A stretch of 64,000 nucleotides of DNA from a virus. The stretch is taken from the IMG/VR virus record IMGVR_UViG_3300044675_001894, positions 1-64,000 of that record; one strand, given 5' to 3'. The notes beneath the pieces were generated by a model, which saw nothing but the letters and a program-made list of their open reading frames with translations, was not told the DNA's origin and searched no databases. A program made the position numbers and the translations under genes. Of this stretch, positions 9,678 through 19,780 are shown one piece after another. Each line of letters begins with the position of its first letter. The stretch's first letter is position 1.

Positions 9678-11237
9678 TTAATTAAAGAATGGATTTTCTG
9701 CTACTTGGATCGTAGGCAGGGTGTCATGCATAGACATGAAACAGGCAATAGCCAAGGAGTCTGGGTAGTCGTCAAAAGCACCCTTTTCATCAGGTGCCTC
9801 AGCCAACATATACGGACCACGATAGGTCTTTTCTAGATCGCTCATCTGCTGATTAAAGCGCTTCCATCCACGAGTACGCCGTGCTTTAGAGTGCCCTGGA
9901 ATTATTAATTGATCTCTCTGAATCAACTCTGTAAGATGTACCCATCTCTCATGCTGTGCCTTTGAGTCTGATGAGACTGCAACAACATCTATGTCTGGTA
10001 GAAGTACTTGGAAGCGCTCCGCTACAGCACCACCAACACCTTGAGAGTCAATGCCGATTCTGATCGGGTCATAGTTTCTTAAGAAGTCAATGATCTGGAA
10101 GTACTGGGATTCCCATTCTTCGTTGTTAATCTCCAACCAGTTAAGAACACGGTGCTCATGGAAGCCGAAAGGGTCTGGGTGGTCCCAGTCAACCCAACAG
10201 ACTGTCACTACGGTGGAGTCATTAGATCGGGCAACGTCAATACCGACTACTACAGGAGTACGCCACCACTGCTTTACAAGAGCCATAGAGGGGTCATACA
10301 GGCGTTCTAAGCGCTCATCGGTTACAAACATACCTCGGTCAAGCACCCACTTGTTACAGTAGGACATCTGGAACTCGTCTGAGTCCTCACCGATTCGCAA
10401 TTTCTCTTTAGCAATAAACTTGGCGTAGTTAGGGTTGTACTTTGAAGCAACACGGTAGTCATACTCAAAGTGACATGGGCGTGTTTTCTTACCGTTGACC
10501 ATGCGTCGCTTGTTGTACTGGATCATCTTATAGAAGTAAGACTTGTTACGGGTAGCCGTTCCCGTCAAACAGATACTGCCGTTGTTAAACGCCAACATCG
10601 GCTTAATTGATTTAGCAATCATGTACTCGTCGGCTTCTTGAGCCTCGTCAATCATGACGAAGTGGTACGTCTTTGATTCAATCTTTGCTTTTGGGTTACA
10701 GGTCTGCATACGGCAAAGCGAGCCAGAGTGCTTCAAAGTAATGATGCGACCTTTACCACGGGCACCACCTGAAGTTGCCTTATCGTCAATCTCGGGGTCT
10801 AACAAGAAGTCCATTGCGTGGTCGCTAGTAAGTTTGCCAACGATACGACTGAACACCGTATCTGCTTGATCTTCTACTGGGGCGAACACTCCGCACCAAA
10901 AACCCTTATCAAACTTGTCAAGCCATGTTGGATAAACCTTTGCTAACTTAGGCAAAATCACCATGAGTGAAGCCATGACGTTAGAGAGAACCTCAGATTT
11001 ACCTGACTGACGTGTAGCCACTACCGTCATTTCTTCACCGTCACCAAGGATGACAGATTCAATCAATCGGTAGGCAATAGGTACCTGATACGGGAATAGT
11101 TCCACATCGCAGAACTCTTCGGTAAACACAATGATGCGCTTTACCAGCACGTCTATGAATTCGGCTGAAGTCTCGTCCAGTTCTTCGGCTACGTCCTCGG
11201 CTAAGAGGTTATCGTCTAGTTCTTCGTCTGTTAGCAC
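9678..11237 (-). CDS. Terminase large subunit
   Basis: Walker A TRQSGKS, Walker B VMIDEAQ, GTA coupling motif, nuclease VGIDVA and DDYPDS. Confidence 0.95.
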   Translation of the reverse strand: MLTDEELDDNLLAEDVAEELDETSAEFIDVLVKRIIVFTEEFCDVELFPYQVPIAYRLIESVILGDGEEMTVVATRQSGKSEVLSNVMASLMVILPKLAKVYPTWLDKFDKGFWCGVFAPVEDQADTVFSRIVGKLTSDHAMDFLLDPEIDDKATSGGARGKGRIITLKHSGSLCRMQTCNPKAKIESKTYHFVMIDEAQEADEYMIAKSIKPMLAFNNGSICLTGTATRNKSYFYKMIQYNKRRMVNGKKTRPCHFEYDYRVASKYNPNYAKFIAKEKLRIGEDSDEFQMSYCNKWVLDRGMFVTDERLERLYDPSMALVKQWWRTPVVVGIDVARSNDSTVVTVCWVDWDHPDPFGFHEHRVLNWLEINNEEWESQYFQIIDFLRNYDPIRIGIDSQGVGGAVAERFQVLLPDIDVVAVSSDSKAQHERWVHLTELIQRDQLIIPGHSKARRTRGWKRFNQQMSDLEKTYRGPYMLAEAPDEKGAFDDYPDSLAIACFMSMHDTLPTIQVAENPFFN

Positions 11238-11255
11238 AGACCAATCATAGACTAA

Positions 11256-11525
11256 TTAGTAATCGGTTTTATCAAACTTGAGTTGGAGTTGCGATTCGTC
11301 GTTAAAGACTGGGCGTCGTGGGCGCAATTCTGAGATTAAGGCGGCTGAGTCCTCAATGATCATAATGAGGCTCTTGAGGTCTACGGAGACACTCTCAGGG
11401 TCTTCTTCAGAGGTCTGGAAGACCTTCGGGGAATACGATTCAGTAACCAAAAAGAGGTCATGAACTGCATTGATAAGGCGTCGTTTTTCGGTTGCTTCTA
11501 GGTTGTTGATAGTTGGTTTTGACAT
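11256..11525 (-). CDS. Hypothetical protein
   Basis: Probable start MSKP (11525), TACTAT 7 nt upstream; track extends to 11591. Confidence 0.55.
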   Translation of the reverse strand: MSKPTINNLEATEKRRLINAVHDLFLVTESYSPKVFQTSEEDPESVSVDLKSLIMIIEDSAALISELRPRRPVFNDESQLQLKFDKTDY

Positions 11526-11544
11526 GAATTTGATAGTACCACTT

Positions 11545-11787
11545 CTATTTGGTGGCATCAACCCGTCTTTGTAATTCTTCCCAAATATCATCTAGAGCCT
11601 TAATGAACTCTGTTACTTCACCTTCAGGACCACCGTGATAACGCCAACGGTCAAACGAAGCGCCGAGACCCATGATGGTGGTGTCAAACCACTGAAGTAA
11701 TGAGGCTCGGTCTAAGTTCTGTACACGCTTAGGCACATCTCTTCTGGCTGTTTGCTCTTCTTCTTTTTTAAAGAAACCCATCACCAC
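11545..11787 (-). CDS. Hypothetical protein
   Basis: 80 aa ORF coupled to neighbours. Confidence 0.6.
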   Translation of the reverse strand: MVMGFFKKEEEQTARRDVPKRVQNLDRASLLQWFDTTIMGLGASFDRWRYHGGPEGEVTEFIKALDDIWEELQRRVDATK

Positions 11788-12047
11788 ATTCCAATCTCTT
11801 GTGCAGGTGTGTCCATCTCACGACCACCTATTGCTTGTAGAACACCATCTGTTTCATCTTGCATTTGAATACGCTTACATAGACCTACTTGCGCTGTGTA
11901 CTTGCGGGTGCGCAACTGTATACCTTTACCATGTCTCCATGGGTAGTCAGTTTCTCTTACAATACCCATAGAAACAAAAGGGGTATTAAGGTTTGCGAAA
12001 TCTCTAACAACCCAGTAAAGGCGTCCAATGGCATGGAGCCTATTCAT
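11781..12047 (-). CDS. Hypothetical protein
   Basis: 88 aa ORF in operon. Confidence 0.6.
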   Translation of the reverse strand: MNRLHAIGRLYWVVRDFANLNTPFVSMGIVRETDYPWRHGKGIQLRTRKYTAQVGLCKRIQMQDETDGVLQAIGGREMDTPAQEIGMW

Positions 12048-12049
12048 AA

Positions 12050-12505
12050 CTACATCTGAGATTGTACGAAAAACGTGCTCTCTTCATCGCCTGACGCCCT
12101 ACTGTTTGGAAAGTTATTAAGTACCGAGTTAATATAGCGCCCTTTTGATTGAGCAGACGCAAATGATTGATAAACATGTTCTGGGACGTTCAAGTATTTC
12201 CAAGGAGTGCCGTTTTTAATAAAACGAACAAAGAGTATGCCGTTGTAGCCAATTGCTCCAGATGTACCTTCAGTAGCGACATATCGGAAGGCTTCTACAC
12301 GACTGCTCTCATCAGAGGCATGGTAGTAAGTGGTATTTGGATCCCATTGAATTGGAATCATTTCTGATGGCTTAAACTTCGTTTCGTTTGCACGAGTACG
12401 AGTACGCTCTTCTTGAATAGCGTATTGACCTGAGTAGTAGTTTAAACCTTCAGCCAAACGATCTTTTGCTGATCTACTTAGTCCTGGTTTAGGTCGTGGT
12501 GCCAC
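12050..12505 (-). CDS. KTSC-domain protein
   Basis: SSRVEAFRY...LFVRF..G..WKYLNVP..VY..F..A.SKGRYIN. Confidence 0.8.
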   Translation of the reverse strand: MAPRPKPGLSRSAKDRLAEGLNYYSGQYAIQEERTRTRANETKFKPSEMIPIQWDPNTTYYHASDESSRVEAFRYVATEGTSGAIGYNGILFVRFIKNGTPWKYLNVPEHVYQSFASAQSKGRYINSVLNNFPNSRASGDEESTFFVQSQM

Positions 12506-12509
12506 TTAT

Positions 12510-13277
12510 TTATTTTAGTCCTAAAAGTTGCTTTACTTTTGGACCGACAACAAAGTCCGCACCAAGTTTGTTAGCAACCTTAAACGCCTTCACGGCTTCA
12601 TCCGTTGCTGAGTCTTTTTGACCAGTGACTTCACCCTTGTAGAAGCCTTTTGCCTTGAGGGCTTCTTGAAGTTTCTTGATGTCATCCCCACCTGCTGGGG
12701 CGGGGGCTGGAGCCGTACCTACTGGTGCAGTTACCCCATTGGCATCCATCCATGCTTTTACTGATGCTGGGATATTGTCGCCACATACATAACGAAGGTG
12801 CCATGGCTCGCTTGGGACAACTTCCCATGAGAAACCAAATTCCTTCACGTTTGCAATCAACCAGTTGAGGCGCTTTGGCTCTGATGCTGAGTGAATGTCA
12901 ACCGCCAAGCCGAGGTTATGCTGCGATTTACCAGGCGTGGCAAGCATCGCCATACCTTTCTTGAGGTACCAAGTCTTGCCTTCAAATGTCTTGGTGCTGG
13001 TTCCGTCCACTTTGTCAAGTGTGTAGCGGGTCAAAAATCCTCGTTTTTGCAACTCGTAATCTCTATATGTATCGCCGCTGGAAGTTGGTTTTAGTTCAAC
13101 GCCTTCAGCCTTAGCCTTTTCAACCATTGCGGTCCATGCGCATGCGGCAATCCAATGCATCTTGCCGCCACCAGGAACGGCTTTCAAAAGGTTGGCAGGG
13201 AGTTTTCCTGGTTCAATACCTTTGAGATCTTTTGGAAGTACTACTGGAACAATGTAATCCCATGCAAGTTTGCCCAT
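12510..13277 (-). CDS. Endolysin: M15B/VanY-like peptidase plus C-terminal peptidoglycan-binding domain
   Basis: YR, PGKSQHNLGLAVD, EPWH; IKKLQEAL...T.EAVKAF PG_binding_1-like tail. Confidence 0.85.
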   Translation of the reverse strand: MGKLAWDYIVPVVLPKDLKGIEPGKLPANLLKAVPGGGKMHWIAACAWTAMVEKAKAEGVELKPTSSGDTYRDYELQKRGFLTRYTLDKVDGTSTKTFEGKTWYLKKGMAMLATPGKSQHNLGLAVDIHSASEPKRLNWLIANVKEFGFSWEVVPSEPWHLRYVCGDNIPASVKAWMDANGVTAPVGTAPAPAPAGGDDIKKLQEALKAKGFYKGEVTGQKDSATDEAVKAFKVANKLGADFVVGPKVKQLLGLK

Positions 13278-13334
13278 GATTTTCCACCATCTTTCCTGTT
13301 ACACACAGCGTTGTCTTGGCACTATTTTACACCA

Positions 13335-13934
13335 CTAGTAAACGAAAGAAATCCAACCAGTAGCAATATACTTTGTATCGTTTTGAGAGGTAACGCCCCT
13401 GTGTGTGTACATCCAATCAGCAGGAAATATGATAGTTAGCCCTTTTTGTGGCTGTATTGACAGTTTTTGATGAAACCATTCTGTTGTCCCACCATCAAAA
13501 ACATCATTTAAGTAGGTGTTAAAGACTAATAGTCTCTTAGATACCCCTGATGTTTGTCGTTCAGAATGCCAAGCAAAAAACCCTTCATTAGGCAAATACC
13601 TCTGAATGTTTATTCTTTCAGTGACCCCCCAATGGTCTAGTTCACCGAGTACAGGAAATAGGTTCTTATACTCAGTAACTACTTTTTCAAGTTCATGTGT
13701 GTACTTAACAAACGGGGTATCCCCACAGTCCGTGACAATTGATAGGTCTGTTGACTTCTTCCAATCCTCACGAAGAACTGGGGTAGTTCCGTTGTAGGTC
13801 ATTCCAGCGCTTTTATTTGGGCTGCTTTCAAAATAAGAAATTAGATCATCACACACCTGACCATCTATGTACCATCCCTTTAAAAAAGGGTCAGCATGAT
13901 TCATTTCGTATGATTCAAGCATTATGTAACCCAA
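13335..13934 (-). CDS. 2OG-Fe(II) oxygenase
   Basis: IQRY..GFFAWHSE, YLNDV..GG.TEW, THRG, KYIATGW. Confidence 0.85.
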   Translation of the reverse strand: MGYIMLESYEMNHADPFLKGWYIDGQVCDDLISYFESSPNKSAGMTYNGTTPVLREDWKKSTDLSIVTDCGDTPFVKYTHELEKVVTEYKNLFPVLGELDHWGVTERINIQRYLPNEGFFAWHSERQTSGVSKRLLVFNTYLNDVFDGGTTEWFHQKLSIQPQKGLTIIFPADWMYTHRGVTSQNDTKYIATGWISFVY

Positions 13935-14523
13935 AGTTAAAAGAAATAACTATCTTGCGGTCACCAACAAGGGCTGGGCACCCGTGCATGAAGTCGCTTT
14001 TAAACATTAATAATCTTGCTGGAATGCACTTATATGAAACGTCTTCAAAAGAGTACTTATTAGGAAATGGAGCAGGGCTTATCATGTTCTGCGGGTTGTC
14101 ATAGAACTTAATAATGTCCTTGTCATCACAATCAACGTAATAAGCGCCACTAATAAAACTGCTTGGATGATTATGTGGAAATAGATAATCTCCCTCAACT
14201 GATAGGTTTGACCACATATTTTCTAATATTAAGTGCTGTTCCCTTAAATCATAACCAAGGGCTACCGCAAACTTTCGTGCTTCGTTTGTTAACTTCCTTA
14301 TAAACTCTGCAAAGAAACTTTCTTTTTCTAAATTTACTTGATTGTGGGTTGAGTTTACATTCAATTCTGGTGTTCTTTTGAAGTCACTATTGAATAGGAA
14401 CATTTCAGACAACCATATATCCATTTCTTCTATGGTTTCAGAACAAAAGTTATCTAATAAATAGATTGGCTTTGGAAACCATTGTTCAATTTTTGCTTCG
14501 TTATTTACAAATAAAGTTGACAT
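13915..14523 (-). CDS. 2OG-Fe(II) oxygenase (TIGR02466-like)
   Basis: MWSN, PHNHP.SFISGAYY, LLMF.S..MHG, ISFN. Confidence 0.8.
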   Translation of the reverse strand: MSTLFVNNEAKIEQWFPKPIYLLDNFCSETIEEMDIWLSEMFLFNSDFKRTPELNVNSTHNQVNLEKESFFAEFIRKLTNEARKFAVALGYDLREQHLILENMWSNLSVEGDYLFPHNHPSSFISGAYYVDCDDKDIIKFYDNPQNMISPAPFPNKYSFEDVSYKCIPARLLMFKSDFMHGCPALVGDRKIVISFNFGLHNA

Positions 14524-15040
14524 TTATTGCAATCCTTTTTGTGTGACTTACTGGATTTGAACCATGGTGCACAACTGTATTATCTAAAATAAGACACCTA
14601 TTAATAACTGGCTCAATTTCGTGCTTTGAGTCATTCTGATAGTAATAAAAGTTACCGTCAGATTCAATTGGGTAATAAACAGCAGTTAGTATACCCTTAC
14701 TTGCAGGTTGATTTGGTATGTCTACATGCTTTATGTTTTGATGTTCTTTTCCAACATTTGTTGTCATTACGCATCTTATTCTCAGTATTTCCGATAACTC
14801 AACGTCAAGTCGGGTTTCAATGCTGCGCAATATTGGAATGACATACTCAAAAAATGAACTTCTTTGCTCTAAATCACGAGAATAAAAGTCGTGTGAAAAA
14901 CCGTAGTTGGAAAAGTCTCCTAAAAAAGAGTCTTCATAGTCAATGTCTTCGTGAAAGTAATACGGGAAATTTCGTGATACAACCAAATTTGACAATGCAT
15001 CAAGTTCTTGCGCACTTAACAAACTATCCAGTATTTGCAT
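14501..15040 (-). CDS. 2OG-Fe(II) oxygenase
   Basis: HVD, TAVYY..SDG, HHGSNP, RIAINVNF. Confidence 0.8.
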   Translation of the reverse strand: MQILDSLLSAQELDALSNLVVSRNFPYYFHEDIDYEDSFLGDFSNYGFSHDFYSRDLEQRSSFFEYVIPILRSIETRLDVELSEILRIRCVMTTNVGKEHQNIKHVDIPNQPASKGILTAVYYPIESDGNFYYYQNDSKHEIEPVINRCLILDNTVVHHGSNPVSHTKRIAINVNFICK

Positions 15041-15046
15041 AGATCG

Positions 15047-15334
15047 TCAGTCTATGCCAGGTTGCACGTACCATTCTTCAGTTACTGGATTCCACATCCA
15101 TGCTGCTCTTGTTTCTGGTTGTGGCACTGGGTTCAACCAATGACCAGCACCATCTCTAGTAAAGTTTGGTGAAGGCTTAGGGGAATAAAAGTATCCGTCA
15201 ACGTAGTCACCATCAATAAATGCTGGGTTTGAGTCAAAGTACTCTATTTCGTTTTCTTTTAGAACATAGTCATCTGGACAAACAATAGCGTTGACAACAA
15301 TGTTGCCTTCCATAATTGCAATAGTTTTACTCAT
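15047..15334 (-). CDS. Small fibre-associated protein (related to 18067..18432)
   Basis: NIVVNAIV...FYSPKP..W..PVPQP...W.W; follows a Gly-rich gene. Confidence 0.6.
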   Translation of the reverse strand: MSKTIAIMEGNIVVNAIVCPDDYVLKENEIEYFDSNPAFIDGDYVDGYFYSPKPSPNFTRDGAGHWLNPVPQPETRAAWMWNPVTEEWYVQPGID

Positions 15335-16269
15335 GGTATTGGGAACCTAATAACAACAACTCCTGCTTTACCTGAACCACCGTCATGATGAGTACCGAAA
15401 CAATTTGCACCACCACCACCGCCTGAACCAAAAGAGTTTGCAGAACCGCCACCTCCACCGTATCCACCGTCTCCTGCACCTGATGCTCCACCTGAAGGCG
15501 TACCACCGTTGTTGCATTCTCCACCACCACCGCCACCTGAACCAATAACTGTATAGCCAAGAATTGTGGACAAGTACGCATCAAGGTTATTAACAGTTAA
15601 GCCAGCACCTCCACTACCAGCAGCAGCGGCAGCAAAACCACCACCCGAAGAACTATAACGACCACCAGAGCCACCAGTATTACCTTCGCTTGGAGAGAAG
15701 CCACCTTCGTTACCACTACCGTTCACTGAACCATTTACTGAGTGACCACCACCTGAACCACCAGTAATTCCAGCAGTTGTACCAATTCCACACCCTCCAC
15801 CACCACCACCATTAGTGGTCAAACTACCAATAGTAGAACTTCCACCTTTTCCACCTCTGTCACCTGAAGATGCAGCACCAGCAGCACCGACAGTAACTAA
15901 AACTGTTCCAGCAGAAAGAGAGACTTCTTGCCAAGTTGGACTACCGACAGAAGTAGCAACACGAGCGCCACCACCGCCGCCACCACCGCCACCAGCCCTA
16001 CCTCCGCCACCACCGCCACCCACAACAAGTGCTTGAGCGGTTCCGCCAGAAGATACAGTCAAGTTTCCTGTAGCGGTATAGCGGATATACCTAAAACCGT
16101 TGTAGTCAGTTGTTGTGAACGTTCCAGTTGCACCAACAGCGGCAAATGGAGAGTCACCACCAGCCCAATAGGACGTAACTTGGTTAGTACTACCACGAAG
16201 TGATCGTGGAGCCAACGATCCACCACTAACGGCTTTACCACCAGATGTACTCTTTAGAAAAGAAGCCAC
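15331..16269 (-). CDS. Glycine-rich fibre/tip protein
   Basis: LVVGGGGGGG...GSGKAGVVVIRF Gly-rich domain. Confidence 0.75.
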   Translation of the reverse strand: MASFLKSTSGGKAVSGGSLAPRSLRGSTNQVTSYWAGGDSPFAAVGATGTFTTTDYNGFRYIRYTATGNLTVSSGGTAQALVVGGGGGGGRAGGGGGGGGGARVATSVGSPTWQEVSLSAGTVLVTVGAAGAASSGDRGGKGGSSTIGSLTTNGGGGGGCGIGTTAGITGGSGGGHSVNGSVNGSGNEGGFSPSEGNTGGSGGRYSSSGGGFAAAAAGSGGAGLTVNNLDAYLSTILGYTVIGSGGGGGGECNNGGTPSGGASGAGDGGYGGGGGSANSFGSGGGGGANCFGTHHDGGSGKAGVVVIRFPIP

Positions 16270-16278
16270 TAAGACTCC

Positions 16279-16650
16279 TTACGCCGTAATGCGGTTAACG
16301 TACCCGTGCATCACAATGACGTTAGTAGTTGCGGCAAATGCACGTACAACTTTAGCGGTAGCGTTACCTTGCAACAAAAGACCTGGAACGATTAAATAAA
16401 GTCCGTTCTCAGCCTTAACCGTATATTCAATGTTTCCATCAGGGGCAGTTGCTTCGCCCCACTCAATCGTCAACTTCACATCAGATGCAGAAGTGTTTAC
16501 CGCATACAACCAAATTTCGTCAATGGTGGTAGCAGTTGCTGACGCTGTGTGGATTGCCGTACCAGCAGTTGCCGTAGCGGCGACCTTGATACCAAGGCCA
16601 GTTCCAGTTGAACCTGCTGGTTGTAGCGCTAATTTAGTGAATGTTGCCAT
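16279..16650 (-). CDS. Fibre adaptor-like protein, type B (paralogue of 21193..21564)
   Basis: KLALQPAG..G.GLGI.VAATATAGTAIHTAS...DE.WLYA...GYVNRITA. Confidence 0.7.
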   Translation of the reverse strand: MATFTKLALQPAGSTGTGLGIKVAATATAGTAIHTASATATTIDEIWLYAVNTSASDVKLTIEWGEATAPDGNIEYTVKAENGLYLIVPGLLLQGNATAKVVRAFAATTNVIVMHGYVNRITA

Positions 16651-16658
16651 TGTTTCTC

Positions 16659-16916
16659 CTAACTAAAAACTTGTGAACTAATTACAGCCTGGTCTGTATC
16701 GTACACGGCGTTGGTACCGTTGGTACCGTTAGTTCCATTTGTACCGTTGGCTCCAGTAATACCACCATATGCCAGGCTAGTCCATGCGGTAAGCCCATCA
16801 CCAATCTTAAACTGGTCGGTATCTGTCTCAATACCCATTTCACCTTCAGCAAGGGTTGGGTTGGCACTAGTCCATGCCGATGCAGTACCACGCCTAAATT
16901 GAATTTGAACAGCCAT
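16659..16916 (-). CDS. Short fibre segment (hyaluronidase/Mtd N-terminal-like plus GXN triplets)
   Basis: QIQFRRGTASAWTSANPTLAEGE..ETDT..KIGDG; GTN repeats; ends DQAVISSQVFS. Confidence 0.7.
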   Translation of the reverse strand: MAVQIQFRRGTASAWTSANPTLAEGEMGIETDTDQFKIGDGLTAWTSLAYGGITGANGTNGTNGTNGTNAVYDTDQAVISSQVFS

Positions 16917-16933
16917 AGTGCTACCAGTTTACC

Positions 16934-18067
16934 TTATGCAATAGCAAACGAACCTGACGATAAAAATGTATGTATGGTGTACAACCCTGATGTTGTAATA
17001 CTGCCACCAGTAACAGTTCTACCAGTACCGTCAGCAGTTAAATACTTGATGACGACTATTCCTGAACCACCTGATGCGGCAAGGTTTCTATCTTGATGTG
17101 CAGAACCACCAGCGCCACCGCCAGTGTTAGTTCCTCCAGCACCACCTTTTCCTGTTGTTGTACCTACACCAACACCAGCGGCACCATTGTTTAAAGCATC
17201 AACACCGCCTGTTCCTACAGCAGAACCGCCACCGCCTCCACCTCCACCTCCACGACCACCGTTGCCTGAAGAACCCGTATAACCACCGCCACCGCCACCG
17301 CCAGCCCAATAGTAGTTTGGTCCTAATATGGTATTTAGTACACCTACACCGCCATTAATGTTTGTAGAAGCACCACCTGCACCACCACCACCACCAGAGT
17401 TCCATTCCGTACCTGTAAAACCTCCAGTAAAACCTTGACCAGCGGTTCCTGCTCCAGGGTTTGTCATACGTCCTGCGGCACCACCACCAGAACCACCAAC
17501 TTTTCCTGCTTGGTTGACTTGGGTATCGCCACGGTGTCCACCACCACCACCACCACCTGCAATAGATACAAAAGACACACCTATAGACGAGTTACTACCA
17601 CTCTCACCTCCTGGTGACGCACCCAGGTATGCGGCGTTGCTTCCAGCGCCACCTGCACCAACTGTAATGGTATACGAAGTACCTGATATAAAAGTTGAAG
17701 TACCTGCTAAGTAGCCACCGCCACCGCCGCCACCTCCCATGTCAGCGCCACCTCCACCGCCTCCAGCAATGACCATGTATTCTGCGGAAAACGCAATTTG
17801 TTGACGCATACCAACAGACCAACCAGTAGACGTATACACACGCACATAGTTTGTGTCAGTTTCAAAGATCATTTGACCAACTGTTGGGGATACTGGTTTA
17901 GTTGTAGAAGTGCAAATGGTCATACCACCAGCACCAGATGCAATCTTTGCAGTAGTCACCGCACCATCGGCTAGTTTTGCCGTGGTGATTGAACCGTCTG
18001 TTACAGCACCAAGATTATATTTAGTCTTGTTCTCTACAAACCTTAACTCAAAGTCAAGTGGGTCCAT
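16934..18067 (-). CDS. Glycine-rich fibre protein with CTSTTKP module
   Basis: ITTAKLADGAVTTAKIA repeats, CTSTTKPVSPTVGQMIFETDT, Gly-rich C-domain. Confidence 0.75.
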   Translation of the reverse strand: MDPLDFELRFVENKTKYNLGAVTDGSITTAKLADGAVTTAKIASGAGGMTICTSTTKPVSPTVGQMIFETDTNYVRVYTSTGWSVGMRQQIAFSAEYMVIAGGGGGGADMGGGGGGGGYLAGTSTFISGTSYTITVGAGGAGSNAAYLGASPGGESGSNSSIGVSFVSIAGGGGGGGHRGDTQVNQAGKVGGSGGGAAGRMTNPGAGTAGQGFTGGFTGTEWNSGGGGGAGGASTNINGGVGVLNTILGPNYYWAGGGGGGGYTGSSGNGGRGGGGGGGGGSAVGTGGVDALNNGAAGVGVGTTTGKGGAGGTNTGGGAGGSAHQDRNLAASGGSGIVVIKYLTADGTGRTVTGGSITTSGLYTIHTFLSSGSFAIA

Positions 18068-18432
18068 TAGGCAGGGAGTTCTACTTCATCCCAAGTTTGT
18101 GCTTCTTCGTTCCATGTGTAGAAACCTTCTTCAGGGCGAGCAACTGGTGCTTCCCATTCAGTGGTGTCTTCATCAAGTGACCATGATGGGTAAGGCTTTG
18201 GAGCAATAAATGCGTCCAAGTCTGATCGGTATGTGTAACCCATACCTGCATAACGAGCACGCATGTTGCCGTTATATGAGGTCTGCTTCCATGTTCCACC
18301 AAGAAGGTTGCGACAGAATTCAGCGCCTACAGCCTCTGATTCGTTGCCCTCTGAGTCTTTACAATCATCATTAGATACTACGATTACTCGCAATACGATG
18401 TTGTCTTCGCCAAGTTCTGCAAAATGTGCCAT
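18067..18432 (-). CDS. Small fibre-associated protein (MAHFAEL type)
   Basis: MAHFAEL...WKQTSYN...DAFIAPKPYPSW...WEAPV. Confidence 0.7.
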   Translation of the reverse strand: MAHFAELGEDNIVLRVIVVSNDDCKDSEGNESEAVGAEFCRNLLGGTWKQTSYNGNMRARYAGMGYTYRSDLDAFIAPKPYPSWSLDEDTTEWEAPVARPEEGFYTWNEEAQTWDEVELPA

Positions 18433-18443
18433 TTAAGTTTCTC

Positions 18444-19424
18444 CTAAAAAGTTATACTGCCCGATGCAGTAAAAGTATATATCCTGTAGCCACCTGTGGT
18501 TGCTACGGTTGGTGAGCCAGTTGTAGAAACTGCTTCAGCATTTGTATCTGGGTATCTGATTATTACTACGCCTGAACCACCAGCACCACCACCTACTGGG
18601 GAGCCGCCGCTTTCTGTTTGTCCGTTTCCGCCACCGCCACCGCCTGTGTTTGCTGTGCCTGATTCACCTGACCAACTCGTACCATGTCCACGACCACCAC
18701 CGCCAGAACCACCAGTACCACCAATAACACCATTTCCAGAAACTCTTGCGCCGCCTCCACCACCACCGCCACGAGTTACCGAAGTTCCAGTTATTGAGGA
18801 TGCGACACCAGCACCACCAGCACCACCAGTTCCAGAAGCACTACCACCAGTTCCAGAAGCACCACCTCCGCCACCACCAGCAGGAGAACCGCCACTATCG
18901 TTACCAGACCCACCAGCACGACCCTCGTTCGCTGTTCCAGACCCACCACTACCAGGAGGAGCACCAAAGCCTGCGTTACCACCACCACCAGAACCGCCAG
19001 AACTACCACCAGCACTTTGACCCTGAGAACCTCTACCACCGCCCGTGCTCGTGATTGTTGTAATACCAGAACCCGAAAGCAAACTGTTAGCACCGCTAGA
19101 GCCAACAGCACCACCAGCACCAACAGTAACTGTATATGTGCTTCCTGCTGTGAAAGTTACTGGCGACGCTGCCGATGATCCACCACCGCTTAATTCTCCA
19201 ACAACAGAGGATCGGTAACCACCTGCACCGCCACCACCAGTACATGAAGAATTGCCAGCACCACCGCCTCCTGCGATGATTAGATACTCAACAAAAGTAG
19301 GAGGTTGTGCACCCCAATTAGCGGCTCCACGCTCACGTTGAGCATCACGGATAGCCCAAATACCAGAAGCAGATAATGGGCTTATTGTTTTTTTAGCACC
19401 AATAACACTTCCATTAGATCGCAT
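18444..19424 (-). CDS. Glycine-rich fibre/tip protein
   Basis: VEYLIIAGGGG...GSGVVIIRY...YRIYTFTASGSITF. Confidence 0.75.
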   Translation of the reverse strand: MRSNGSVIGAKKTISPLSASGIWAIRDAQRERGAANWGAQPPTFVEYLIIAGGGGAGNSSCTGGGGAGGYRSSVVGELSGGGSSAASPVTFTAGSTYTVTVGAGGAVGSSGANSLLSGSGITTITSTGGGRGSQGQSAGGSSGGSGGGGNAGFGAPPGSGGSGTANEGRAGGSGNDSGGSPAGGGGGGASGTGGSASGTGGAGGAGVASSITGTSVTRGGGGGGGARVSGNGVIGGTGGSGGGGRGHGTSWSGESGTANTGGGGGGNGQTESGGSPVGGGAGGSGVVIIRYPDTNAEAVSTTGSPTVATTGGYRIYTFTASGSITF

Positions 19425-19777
19425 TAACTAATTTCCTCATAACTACATACTGCTTCAAGGTCAGAGTTAGCAGATGCGGTAAGGCGCAATTCGTCGCCTT
19501 CTTCTAGATAAATAGATTTACTAATAACATCTAGCGTTGCGTCTGCTGGGACGGAAACAGTGTGGGCAATCTCATAGGAAACAGAAGACCGAAGAATTGC
19601 AACCGAGATGTCAGCCGCCGCCGCACCATCAACGTTTGATATATACAAAGCATTGATTTTAAATACTTTGTTTGAACCTGACGAGTTTGTAACAATAGCG
19701 GTAGCAGAGGTAGTTACCTGTTGTACTGCGGTCTTACCAATGATGGTTGTTACGTTAACAATGTTTGGTGCTGTCAT
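19424..19777 (-). CDS. Fibre adaptor-like protein, type C
   Basis: MTAPNIVNVTTIIGK...SNVDG...VPADATL...YLEEGD...SYEEIS. Confidence 0.7.
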   Translation of the reverse strand: MTAPNIVNVTTIIGKTAVQQVTTSATAIVTNSSGSNKVFKINALYISNVDGAAAADISVAILRSSVSYEIAHTVSVPADATLDVISKSIYLEEGDELRLTASANSDLEAVCSYEEIS

Positions 19778-19780
19778 AAA

